In this document: positions 1 through 9,288 of the stretch, piece after piece
Position numbering within the stretch: position 1 is the stretch's first letter
Layout: each line of letters opens with the position of its first letter
Source: Desulfocapsa sulfexigens DSM 10523
GTDB taxonomy: Bacteria > Desulfobacterota > Desulfobulbia > Desulfobulbales > Desulfocapsaceae
Direction: 5' to 3'
NCBI RefSeq assembly: GCF_000341395.1
Contig: NC_020304.1
Coordinates: 3,120,001 to 3,152,000 of the forward strand
Length of the DNA stretch: 32,000 nt
Made by a program: the position numbers and the translations under genes
The notes under the pieces: generated by a model
What the model was told of the DNA's origin: nothing
Databases searched by the model: none
The model's input: only the letters and a program-made list of their open reading frames with translations

Positions 1-872
1 TCGCGCACTTCACCCTCACGGGGATTGTCTTTCAGCAGGGTATCAAGCAAAGGGTGTTCGGGAGCAATGGACATAAAAGTGACGCCGAATATAGTGTCGG
101 GTCGTGTGGTGAAGATGGAGAGTGTCTCTTTGTTAGCAAATCCATCGACTGGAAAGTCGCACTGGAGTCCAGTAGATTTTCCTATCCAGTTACGCTGCAT
201 GGTGACAACTTTATCAGGCCAGCCACCGAGTTGATTAAGGCTCTCGAGAAGTTCTTCGGCGTAGTCGGTAATTTTAAAAAACCAGCCATTCATCTCTCTG
301 GCATCGACCATTTCATCACATCGCCAGCATGCTCCCTCGATGACCTGCTCATTGGCGAGAACGGTATGACAAGATTCGCACCAATTAACGGTGGTGTTTT
401 TCTGGTAAACCAGTCCTTTTTCGTACATTTCGAGGAAAATCTGCTGTTCCCATTTATAGTACTTGGGATTGCAGGTTGCTATTTCTCGGTCCCAGTCGTA
501 AGAGAGACCAAGCTGACGCAATTGGTTACGCATATAATCAATATTGTCGTATGTCCAGCGAGCAGGGTGGGTGGCATTTTTTATGGCAGCATTTTCAGCG
601 GGGAGTCCAAAGGAATCCCATCCCATGGGATGGAGAACATTAAATCCACGAAAGCGTTTATAGCGTGCCACAACATCGCCTATAGAATAGTTGCGTACGT
701 GGCCCATATGGATGCGACCGGAGGGGTATGGGAACATTTCAAGGACATAGTATTTTTCCCTGTTACTCTCCATGCTCACTCTGTAGGTAGCGTTGTTGAG
801 CCAGTTATCCTGCCATTTTTTCTCAATGGCTTTGAAATTGTAGGTTATATCCTGGGGTTCTGTTGAAGACAT
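1..872 (-). CDS. leuS: leucyl-tRNA synthetase, N-terminal ~290 codons (gene continues past window start)
   Basis: My own minus-strand translation from the ATG at 872-870 reads [24 protein letters not shown]...[56 protein letters not shown]...[19 protein letters not shown]. It shows the class I HIGH-type motif (HMGH) and the LeuRS Zn knuckle. The frame stays open to position 1, so it is absent from the ORF track because it runs off the edge. Confidence 0.9.
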   Translation of the reverse strand, partial: MSSTEPQDITYNFKAIEKKWQDNWLNNATYRVSMESNREKYYVLEMFPYPSGRIHMGHVRNYSIGDVVARYKRFRGFNVLHPMGWDSFGLPAENAAIKNATHPARWTYDNIDYMRNQLRQLGLSYDWDREIATCNPKYYKWEQQIFLEMYEKGLVYQKNTTVNWCESCHTVLANEQVIEGACWRCDEMVDAREMNGWFFKITDYAEELLESLNQLGGWPDKVVTMQRNWIGKSTGLQCDFPVDGFANKETLSIFTTRPDTIFGVTFMSIAPEHPLLDTLLKDNPREGEVR

Positions 873-919
873 ATGAGGGCGGCCTCTTACCGCTAAAAAA
901 AATACGGTTTTTACAAATA

Positions 920-2311
920 TTATTCTGATTGGAATGCGTCGGGTTCATCAAAGGGACTGAGGTTTTCAAACATAGTGTGCTCTTTAATGAATGTCAATTT
1001 GACAGTCCCAGTAGGGCCGTTTCTCTGTTTACCGATGATAATTTCAGCAATACCCTTGTTGGGATTATCCTCTCCTTTGTTGTATACTTCATCCCGATAG
1101 ATAAAGCAGATGACGTCAGCATCCTGTTCAATGGCCCCAGATTCACGAAGGTCAGACATCATGGGACGTTTGTCAGGACGACTTTCCAGGCTACGATTTA
1201 ACTGGGAGAGAGCAATAACCGGCACCTTCAGTTCTTTGGCCATGGCTTTGAGCGACCTTGAGATTTCACTGATTTCCTGGGTGCGGTTTTCGCTTGAGTT
1301 TCTGCCTCGCATTAACTGGAGGTAATCAACTATGATCAGGCCGAGTGGATACTGGGCAGCAAGACGTCGTACTTTTGCCCGCATCTCAAGAACGGAGATG
1401 GCTGGGGTGTCATCTATGTAAATGGGTGCTTCTGTGAGCATACCGACCGCACGGGTCAGTTTTGGCCAGTCTTCATTTTGCAGCCTTCCCGTACGGACGC
1501 GCTGGGAATCAACAGGACCTGTTGAACAGAGAAGGCGCATGGTAAGTTGTTCTTTTGACATTTCAAGGCTGAATACTGCGGTACCTATTTTCTGGAAGAT
1601 GGCTGCATTTTGAGCAATATTCATGGCGAAGGCAGTTTTGCCCATGGAAGGCCGGCCAGCCAGGATAATTAGATCAGATGGTTGTAGGCCGGCGGTCATC
1701 CTGTCAAGGTCAGGAAAGCCGGTGGGGACGCCAGTGATCTGTTCTTTCCTGCTGTAAAGCAATTCTACAGTCTTAAAGGCTTCTGGAACGATGTTTTTCA
1801 GGGGAGTAAAACTTTTGTCTGATTTACTCCTGGCAATCTCGAAAATAGCCTGTTCCGCCTCGTCAACAAGAGTATCTATATCACCCTGTTCCTCATAACA
1901 GCGACTGGCAATGTCGGTATTTACAGAGATCAGGTTCCTGAGGACTGCTTTTTGACGAATAATTTTTGCGTAGTAAAGAAGATTTGCCGTAACTGGCACA
2001 ATAGAGGTGAGTGTGGCGAGATAGCCAACACCACCAGCCTTCTCGAGCTGGTTCAGGTCTTTTAACTGGTTTGAAACAGTGATTATGTCCTGGGGTTCGT
2101 TTCGTTCAAAAAGTACAATCATTGCTTCAAAGATAAGTTTATGATTGTCTTTGTAAAAGTCGTCGCTTACAAGAAGTTCAAGAACCGTTGAAAGTGAATG
2201 GTCCGAGAGAAGGATAGTACCAAGTACAGATTGTTCAGCCTCTACATTTTGCGGCGGCATTCGGCCGCCGGAGGTGTTGACCGATGGAGCAAATGGTGGT
2301 GGTGGGTTCAT
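920..2311 (-). CDS. dnaB: replicative DNA helicase DnaB
   Basis: 463 aa. The N-terminus [17 protein letters not shown] is typical of DnaB. It has a Walker A motif ([10 protein letters not shown]), a RecA-like C-terminal domain ([22 protein letters not shown]) and the conserved position downstream of rplI. Confidence 0.95.
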   Translation of the reverse strand: MNPPPPFAPSVNTSGGRMPPQNVEAEQSVLGTILLSDHSLSTVLELLVSDDFYKDNHKLIFEAMIVLFERNEPQDIITVSNQLKDLNQLEKAGGVGYLATLTSIVPVTANLLYYAKIIRQKAVLRNLISVNTDIASRCYEEQGDIDTLVDEAEQAIFEIARSKSDKSFTPLKNIVPEAFKTVELLYSRKEQITGVPTGFPDLDRMTAGLQPSDLIILAGRPSMGKTAFAMNIAQNAAIFQKIGTAVFSLEMSKEQLTMRLLCSTGPVDSQRVRTGRLQNEDWPKLTRAVGMLTEAPIYIDDTPAISVLEMRAKVRRLAAQYPLGLIIVDYLQLMRGRNSSENRTQEISEISRSLKAMAKELKVPVIALSQLNRSLESRPDKRPMMSDLRESGAIEQDADVICFIYRDEVYNKGEDNPNKGIAEIIIGKQRNGPTGTVKLTFIKEHTMFENLSPFDEPDAFQSE

Positions 2312-2343
2312 AGTGGCAACAAAATGGCAAGTGATATAAACAA

Positions 2344-2421
2344 CAACACACCGTGCAGGGCAGTTATGTCCTGACAGTGTGTTGTAAATTCACTGACAGC
2401 AGCCCCAGGGGGCTGTCAGTG
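2344..2421 (-). promoter_or_regulatory. two adjacent stem-loops in the rplI-dnaB spacer (possible attenuator or processing site)
   Basis: Hairpin A pairs caacacac (2344-2351) with gtgtgttg (2377-2384). Hairpin B pairs cactgacag (2391-2399) with ctgtcagtg (2413-2421) around a GC-rich core. On the minus strand hairpin B is followed only by a weak U-tract (aauuua). Confidence 0.4.
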
Positions 2422-2446
2422 AAAAGTACTTTCAGAAAAAGAGGTG

Positions 2447-2911
2447 TTAGGCAACTGCTGTTTCCACCAGGGGAACAACTGAAACTGTAATCTCTACCGT
2501 AGTCTGAAATCCGACCTTTATGGTCACACTGTTTTCTCCAAGCTCTTTGATAGGATCTGGAAGGAGAATGTTTTTCTTGTCAATTGCGACCTTGGTGTCT
2601 TCTTCAAGTTTTGCGGCAATATCACTTGAAGTAACCGAACCAAAGAGCCTCTCTTCATTGCCTGTGAGCATGGCGATGATAAGAGTCGTTCCGGCTAGTT
2701 TTTTGGCAATTGCCTCAGCAGCTTTGATTTCTTCCTTGATACGGGCCTGAATTTCAGCCTGGTTCTTTTCAAAAATCGCTACGTTTGTGGCGTTTGCGAT
2801 GACGGCTTTTTGCTGGGGCAGAAGATAGTTACGTCCATATCCGGCCTTGACCGTTACGATGTCGCCTTCCCTGCCAAGGGTGTCTATAGTCTCTTTTAAT
2901 ATAACTTCCAT
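2447..2911 (-). CDS. rplI: 50S ribosomal protein L9
   Basis: 154 aa. MEVILKETIDTLGREGDIVTVKAGYGRNYLLPQQKA matches the L9 N-terminal domain signature. Synteny with rpsR and dnaB supports the call. Confidence 0.95.
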   Translation of the reverse strand: MEVILKETIDTLGREGDIVTVKAGYGRNYLLPQQKAVIANATNVAIFEKNQAEIQARIKEEIKAAEAIAKKLAGTTLIIAMLTGNEERLFGSVTSSDIAAKLEEDTKVAIDKKNILLPDPIKELGENSVTIKVGFQTTVEITVSVVPLVETAVA

Positions 2912-2979
2912 TGTAATCTCCTTAACTACGTTCGTATAGCAACTAAGCTATATACCATATACACAAAGGTATTTTTTAT

Positions 2980-3966
2980 TTATAATGCGTTCTGATCGGG
3001 TTTCTCTTCGCCTCGGTTTAATCGCCTGGTATCCATCCATACATCAGCTACGCCAAGAATGCCAAGGAGAATGACTCCAAATGTCTGAAAGAAGAGAAGA
3101 ACATAAATTAACGTTCGCAAGAGCAAGGGCACACTCCATTTTGAAAAATAAAAGAGCATGATTGCAATGCCTTGAAAGCAGTACAGCAAGGTGCTGACCA
3201 TAAGGACATTTATTCCGATGGTTCTGCCGGATTCGACCGGAAGAACGATCAGGACTGATGCAATAATTAATATCCAGACTAATTTTTCAGGCAAAATCCA
3301 TAACATGTATTCAGGCCAAGGCCCTGAACCACTGTTTTTGTGAAGCATCCGATTGCCGATAGCCATGGCAAACCAGGTAATCAGTAGGGCAATACAGGTA
3401 AGTATACCCGGCATCACCCTTGGTATCCAGATTTTCATCTGAGTAAAGGTCTGTTCGAGCAGAAAAAGTGTATCTGCAGGTACGGAACCATTTGCTTTGT
3501 AATATGTTATTGCTTCGTCCATTCCCTGATTGAGTGAACTGATCAGCAGGGTGTATGGATGCTCTTCAAGTCCGAAGGTGAGAATCGTTGTGACTATCAT
3601 CCATGATCCGGCAAGAGCAAGAGTTCCTTTAATTACAGCGGGTGTAATTGATTCCCCTCGGTGGGCGGAATCTGCAAGTACAAATCCTACAGGAATTAAA
3701 GTTAATGAAAAGAGCAACTGTTCAATGATCTGAAAAGCCAGACCTGCAATGCAGGCTAGTATACATCCAAAAAGGATATATTTTTGTCCTCTGTTCTTTC
3801 CGTATCGTATGAGATAATAAAAGACCAGCAGGGGGAGAAGGCCGTGTATCCAGCCAAAAATAGCTCCCAACAGCCCGGGAAGAAGAATAACAGCTGTAAC
3901 CAGTAAAATATGTTGCAGGAATTTTACTTTCTCGGGGTTTGACTCTTCCTCATTCACAGTTTGCAA
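2980..3966 (-). CDS. polytopic membrane protein, DUF2232 / YybS-like
   Basis: 328 aa with about 8 hydrophobic segments. It sits between rpsR and rplI, as yybS does in Firmicutes. The family assignment rests on context and topology only. Confidence 0.6.
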   Translation of the reverse strand: MQTVNEEESNPEKVKFLQHILLVTAVILLPGLLGAIFGWIHGLLPLLVFYYLIRYGKNRGQKYILFGCILACIAGLAFQIIEQLLFSLTLIPVGFVLADSAHRGESITPAVIKGTLALAGSWMIVTTILTFGLEEHPYTLLISSLNQGMDEAITYYKANGSVPADTLFLLEQTFTQMKIWIPRVMPGILTCIALLITWFAMAIGNRMLHKNSGSGPWPEYMLWILPEKLVWILIIASVLIVLPVESGRTIGINVLMVSTLLYCFQGIAIMLFYFSKWSVPLLLRTLIYVLLFFQTFGVILLGILGVADVWMDTRRLNRGEEKPDQNAL

Positions 3967-3980
3967 CCTTTTCAGAAATC

Positions 3981-4220
3981 CTACCTCTGTGTGCTTCCAG
4001 AGTATGGAAGCAATGCGATCTGACGGGCACGTTTTATAGCTTCGCAGAGTTGTCTCTGATGAGTGGCACAGGTTCCGTAGATACGACGAGGAATAATTTT
4101 TCCACGTTCAGTTACAAAATTACGAAGGGTTTTTGGATCCTTGTAGTCGATTGACATTTCTTTGTCAGAACAGAAACGACAGCTTCTTTTTCTTTGAAAA
4201 ACTCTTTTTTTAGGTGGCAT
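3981..4220 (-). CDS. rpsR: 30S ribosomal protein S18
   Basis: 79 aa. [60 protein letters not shown] is the canonical S18 core. Confidence 0.95.
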   Translation of the reverse strand: MPPKKRVFQRKRSCRFCSDKEMSIDYKDPKTLRNFVTERGKIIPRRIYGTCATHQRQLCEAIKRARQIALLPYSGSTQR

Positions 4221-4292
4221 AGTATATACTCCTGGATTTAATCCGGTCTTGATCGTTAGTTAGCTGGTGGTTAAGCACTCTTGTTGTTCGGT

Positions 4293-4727
4293 TCAGTCGT
4301 TTTCGACGTCATCGTCGTCAAGTGTGTCGTCTTCATCCAGATCTTCTTCCTGATCACTGGCCTCTGCTGCACGCTTGGCAGCAGCAATTGCTGCCGCTTC
4401 ATATTCACCGCGAGCAGACACAATTCCTTCTTCATCGATAGATTCTTCAAGCTTAACAGTCATATATTTCATGACCGAATCATCAATTCGGAATCTGCGT
4501 TCCATCTCTATGACATTGTCAGGATCGCATGCATAGTCGCAGTAAACATAGTATCCCAGAGTTTCTTTTTTGATTTCGTAGGCAAGAGTACGAACACCCC
4601 ATTTATCAAGGGAGATCATCTGACCTCCTTCGGTGCCAAGAATTGTATTTGTGTTTTCTATTACTGCGGTGATCTCATTCTCGCTCATCGTGGGGCGAAG
4701 AATGTAGATCGTTTCATACCTGCGCAT
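4293..4727 (-). CDS. rpsF: 30S ribosomal protein S6 with a long acidic C-terminal tail
   Basis: 144 aa. MRRYETIYILRP...ISLDKWGVRTLAYEIKK matches the S6 signature. The tail reads DQEEDLDEDDTLDDDDVEND. Confidence 0.95.
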   Translation of the reverse strand: MRRYETIYILRPTMSENEITAVIENTNTILGTEGGQMISLDKWGVRTLAYEIKKETLGYYVYCDYACDPDNVIEMERRFRIDDSVMKYMTVKLEESIDEEGIVSARGEYEAAAIAAAKRAAEASDQEEDLDEDDTLDDDDVEND

Positions 4728-4866
4728 AAGTTCCTCCTCGTGGACTCATGATATGGGAAAATTCCCAGGTGTTTGGCTCTTACTGACTGTAAGAGCGAAG
4801 AGGTACTGTTTCACACTATGTAAAACAGGAATACGTGAAAGACGTATCTCATCAACGAAACCAAAA

Positions 4867-4895
4867 AAAATACCTTGAGAGTATGATTGTGTCAA
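4867..4895 (-). promoter_or_regulatory. sigma70-like promoter for the rpsF operon
   Basis: On the minus strand, TTGACA (4895-4890) is followed by a 17-nt spacer (caatcatactctcaagg) and TATTTT (4872-4867). This would give a ~130-nt structured leader before the rpsF ATG. Confidence 0.45.
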
Positions 4896-4896
4896 T

Positions 4897-5286
4897 TTAT
4901 TTCTTTTTCTTTTCCATGGATTTTATTTTTTCCCACTGTTTGTTGAGGTCAATTTCGTTTTTGAGTTCGGTTCCGGCAAAAACGTGTGGGTGTCTACGAA
5001 TCATTTTAGCGTTGATTCCGGATATAACGTCTTCAATAGTAAAATGGGCTGATTCGGATTGGATTTCCGAGAGTAACACCAGGAGGAAAAGTACATCACC
5101 AATTTCCTCACATAAGTGTATAGGGTCATTTTCGTCAATTGCCTCAAGAAGTTCAGCGCATTCTTCAGCAATGTATTTTTTAAGACTTGTTGTGGTTTGT
5201 TTTCTGTCCCACGGACACCCGTCATCGGATCGTAATTTGGCAATTGTCTGACAAAATGAAAAAAAAGTATTTTTGCAGGTATTCAT
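4897..5286 (-). CDS. MazG-family nucleoside triphosphate pyrophosphohydrolase (single-domain)
   Basis: 129 aa. LRSDDGCPWDRKQTTTSLKKYIAEECAELLEAI...EEIGDVLFLLVLL...RRHPHVF matches the MazG EExxE/D helix motifs. Confidence 0.8.
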   Translation of the reverse strand: MNTCKNTFFSFCQTIAKLRSDDGCPWDRKQTTTSLKKYIAEECAELLEAIDENDPIHLCEEIGDVLFLLVLLSEIQSESAHFTIEDVISGINAKMIRRHPHVFAGTELKNEIDLNKQWEKIKSMEKKKK

Positions 5287-5403
5287 GTTTTTTTAAGAAT
5301 AAAAATTAAGAACATTAAGGTTTCATTAACTTAGGTGTGTTAACGCAACATGTAAGCAGGTTAACAGGTGTTAGCTGGCGTTGCCTGTGGTGGTTGATAA
5401 TTG

Positions 5404-5432
5404 TTGACAATACCTGACAGTAAAGGTAGTAA
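5404..5432 (+). promoter_or_regulatory. sigma70-like promoter upstream of the AP2-like gene
   Basis: TTGACA (5404-5409), a 17-nt spacer and TAGTAA(T) (5427-5432). The predicted 5' UTR is about 130 nt, AT-rich, and ends in the RBS GAGAGGGA. Confidence 0.45.
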
Positions 5433-5570
5433 TTTTCTCATCTGACATCAGCACTCATTCCTATTAAGTCTGTCAGTAGCGACGTTTCTTGGACTTGAGT
5501 TCTTACCACATAAATTAAATTATTTTTTATTTTTTTATATTTTATTAAGTTTTAATGAGAGGGAATTTGT

Positions 5571-6011
5571 ATGGATCAGGAAAAACAGAAAGAATTTATG
5601 TTAAAGAGGCAAAAGGACATTGCCAGAATTGACCAGGAATCAAAACGAACTCACGGTTGGTATGTTCGGGTACGATTTCAGGGAAAAACGTATTCAAAGT
5701 TTTTTTCAGACAAAAAGTGTGGAGGTCGTTATTCCAGTCTGCTTTCTGCCATTGCATGGCGTGACTCAACCGAAAAGAGGCTTGGTAAGATTCGTACCAA
5801 TAAGCATCTTGTAACCGTTAGCAACTCCGGGACTGGCGTGGTTGGGGTGAGACTGAATGACGGTTTTAATCGCTATGAGGTGAGTTGGGTGACAACTGAA
5901 GGTAAGCAGGGAAAAACGTCCGTTTCCATACGAAAACATGGAAAAGAGGGGGCATTTATAAAGGCATGTGCCATTCGTCAGGAAAAAGAAAGGGCACGGT
6001 TAGGGATTTAG
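5571..6011 (+). CDS. small basic protein with two AP2/ERF-like DNA-binding repeats (putative transcription factor or nucleoid protein)
   Basis: 146 aa. Repeat 1 is HGWYVRVRFQGKTYSKFFSDKKCGGRYSSLLSAIAWRDSTEKRLG. Repeat 2 is TGVVGVRLNDGFNRYEVSWVTTEGKQGKTSVSIRKHGKEGAFIKACAIRQEKERA. Both fit the AP2 pattern (G-x-x-GV, a beta-sheet, then an amphipathic helix A..A). There is a good RBS and a strong terminator downstream. Confidence 0.6.
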   Translation: MDQEKQKEFMLKRQKDIARIDQESKRTHGWYVRVRFQGKTYSKFFSDKKCGGRYSSLLSAIAWRDSTEKRLGKIRTNKHLVTVSNSGTGVVGVRLNDGFNRYEVSWVTTEGKQGKTSVSIRKHGKEGAFIKACAIRQEKERARLGI

Positions 6012-6099
6012 ACCTTTAACATCGACTGAATTGTTTGACGGGTCCCCAGTCTTTAGTGCTGCTGTCTCTGTTATTTGGTTTGCAAATAGCTGTAACCGA

Positions 6100-6139
6100 G
6101 GCAATGCCAGGCCGAACAGGCCTGTCATTGCCTTTTTTT
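6100..6139 (+). terminator. rho-independent terminator after the AP2-like gene
   Basis: ggcaatgccaggcc-gaac-aggcctgtcattgcc forms a 13-14 bp stem with one mismatch, followed by TTTTTTT (6133-6139). Confidence 0.8.
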
Positions 6140-6161
6140 GTTGTGTGAGCTGCAAAATGTG

Positions 6162-6190
6162 TTGACATTTGCGTTGGAAAAAGGTTTATT
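6162..6190 (+). promoter_or_regulatory. possible sigma70 promoter of rplU-rpmA
   Basis: TTGACA (6162-6167), a 17-nt spacer and TTTATT (6185-6190). The -10 element is weak. Confidence 0.35.
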
Positions 6191-6253
6191 TCGCAGTTTC
6201 TCTTGTTTAATTTATCAATTCAATTGTAATGCACATATTAAGAGGTCGTACGA

Positions 6254-6565
6254 ATGTATGCAATAATAAGAACCGGTGGAAAACAGTATCAAGTTGCCAG
6301 TGGCGATCAGCTTCGTGTGGAGAAGCTTGAAGGAAGTGTTGGCGACACCGTTGAACTCACCGATGTATTAATGGTCGTGGATGGTGAGAATGTTCAGGTT
6401 GGAAGCCCGGTAGTTGAAAATGCAAAGGTAGTTGCCAAAATTGCTGAGCAGGGTAAAGCCAAAAAAGTTATCATTTTCAAGAAAAAACGTCGTAAAGGTT
6501 ACAGATTGAGAAAAGGTCATCGACAGATGTATACTGCTCTTAAAATTCAGGAAATTACTGCCTGA
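6254..6565 (+). CDS. rplU: 50S ribosomal protein L21
   Basis: 103 aa. MYAIIRTGGKQYQVASGDQLRVEKL...GHRQMYTALKI is canonical L21. Confidence 0.95.
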   Translation: MYAIIRTGGKQYQVASGDQLRVEKLEGSVGDTVELTDVLMVVDGENVQVGSPVVENAKVVAKIAEQGKAKKVIIFKKKRRKGYRLRKGHRQMYTALKIQEITA

Positions 6566-6650
6566 TCTGTTTTCGGTTATAAAATATATATTTTCATTCA
6601 CCACCCCCCCAGGTTGGTTTTCTGAATTGTTGGTGATGAGGAGTTGAAAA

Positions 6651-6908
6651 ATGGCACATAAAAAAGCTGGTGGTAGTTCCAGGAATGGTCGCGATAGTAA
6701 AGGTCAAAGACGTGGCGTGAAACGTTTTGGTGGAGAAACTATCTCTGCAGGCACTATTATTGTACGTCAACTCGGCACTGTTATTCATCCGGGAACCAAC
6801 GTTGGTTGTGGAAGAGATTATACTCTTTTTGCCAAAGTTGATGGTATTGTTACCTTTGAAGATTTTGGACATAAGAAAAAAAGGGTAAGCGTTTATCCGG
6901 CCGCCTGA
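6651..6908 (+). CDS. rpmA: 50S ribosomal protein L27
   Basis: 85 aa. [29 protein letters not shown]...[16 protein letters not shown] is canonical L27. Confidence 0.95.
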   Translation: MAHKKAGGSSRNGRDSKGQRRGVKRFGGETISAGTIIVRQLGTVIHPGTNVGCGRDYTLFAKVDGIVTFEDFGHKKKRVSVYPAA

Positions 6909-6980
6909 TACGGGGGCTGCACTCTTTTTTTTTATTTTTTCTTTCCTCACCGTATTGCGGTCAGGTTGGGACAAAATATC

Positions 6981-7022
6981 AGCTCGACCTCAAGTGTTTA
7001 TTGAAGGTCGAGCTTTTTTTTT
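6981..7022 (+). terminator. rho-independent terminator or attenuator between rpmA and obg
   Basis: agctcgacct (6981-6990) pairs with aggtcgagct (7005-7014) around a 14-nt loop, followed by a run of 9 T. Confidence 0.7.
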
Positions 7023-7045
7023 GTAAACATTTTACAGTATGCTAG

Positions 7046-8092
<1,047 letters not shown>

Positions 8093-8106
8093 ATTAAACA
8101 TTTTCC

Positions 8107-9273
8107 ATGAATGAAAATAATACCGAAATTAGCCTGGAAGATGGCCTTTTTCTACGCCAAACGTATTTTGACAAGGCAAAACGAATTGTTGTAAAGGTCG
8201 GCTCTGCAGTGCTCACCGATGAGAAAGGTATTGATACAAATATCATTCAAAATATTGCTCGTGAATTGAGCTTTCTCAAAAAAAGTGGTCGGGAAGTTAT
8301 CCTTGTGAGCTCTGGAGCTGTTGCTGCCGGAAAGCGTAAAATTACCATTCCTGATAATGTCGAAATAGGAATTGAAGAGAAACAGGCACTTGCGGCTATT
8401 GGCCAGCCCGTTCTTATGCAATCCTATGAGGCAGCTTTTGAGGAGTGTGGTCAAGTTGTGGCTCAAGTACTGCTTACCCACTCTGATCTTGCCAATCGTA
8501 AGCGCTACCTCTGTGTCCGCAATACCATCCTCGCACTTTTTCGGTTTGATGCAATCCCCATCCTCAATGAAAACGATACCGTTGCTGTTGATGAACTCCG
8601 TTTTGGAGATAACGACACACTTGCGGCTTTAATTGCAAATCTCATTGAAGCGGACATGTTTATTTGTCTCACGGATGTGGTTGGTTTGTATACAGGGAAT
8701 CCCCAGACAGATTCAGATGCTCGACAGCTATATACTGTGGCTGCCGTAACTAAAGAAATTGAATCCATGGCAGGTAATGTCAAAAGTGCACTTGGAACCG
8801 GTGGGATGCGGTCTAAAATACGGGCCGCCAAAATGGTTTCTTCTGGAGGAGGGTCTTCTTTTATTGGGCCAGGACGTAATCCACAAATTTTACAACAGCT
8901 CTTTAGCGGTGAGATGGTAGGTACTTTTTTTCTACCTGCCCAGGATAAAATAAAACCACGAAAACAATGGATTGCTCATGTATTGCACCCCAGGGGCTTT
9001 CTGATGCTTGATGCTGGCGCTTGTAGAGCGATATCTGCCAATGGCTGTAGTCTCCTTCCATCCGGGATCCAGGAGATTCGTGGGGACTTCGGAGTGGGCG
9101 ATGCTGTTCACTGCATTGATCCTGATGGTAAAGTTATTGCGGCGGGTCTTATCAATTACTGCTCCTCCGATGTTGCAAAAATAAAACAACACCGTTCCGA
9201 TGAAATATCGAATTTACTTGGGACGAAAGATTATGATGAAGTTATTCACCGTGATAATCTCGTATTACTTTAA
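8107..9273 (+). CDS. proB: glutamate 5-kinase with C-terminal PUA domain
   Basis: 388 aa. It contains IVVKVGSAVLT, LVSSGAVAAG, ENDTVAVDELRFGDNDTLAAL and GTGGMRSKIRAA. Confidence 0.93.
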   Translation: MNENNTEISLEDGLFLRQTYFDKAKRIVVKVGSAVLTDEKGIDTNIIQNIARELSFLKKSGREVILVSSGAVAAGKRKITIPDNVEIGIEEKQALAAIGQPVLMQSYEAAFEECGQVVAQVLLTHSDLANRKRYLCVRNTILALFRFDAIPILNENDTVAVDELRFGDNDTLAALIANLIEADMFICLTDVVGLYTGNPQTDSDARQLYTVAAVTKEIESMAGNVKSALGTGGMRSKIRAAKMVSSGGGSSFIGPGRNPQILQQLFSGEMVGTFFLPAQDKIKPRKQWIAHVLHPRGFLMLDAGACRAISANGCSLLPSGIQEIRGDFGVGDAVHCIDPDGKVIAAGLINYCSSDVAKIKQHRSDEISNLLGTKDYDEVIHRDNLVLL

Positions 9274-9288
9274 CTGAGGCTTATTACC

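Noticed and set aside
54-866. 270-aa plus-strand ORF at the start of the window.
   Set aside because: It lies exactly antisense to an unmistakable leuS reading frame with the HMGH motif and LeuRS N-terminus. The plus-strand protein has no recognisable motifs. Long antisense ORFs opposite conserved genes are a common artefact.
6594-6974. 126-aa minus-strand ORF overlapping rpmA.
   Set aside because: It is antisense to canonical L27 and spans the rplU-rpmA spacer and terminator region. It has no motifs.
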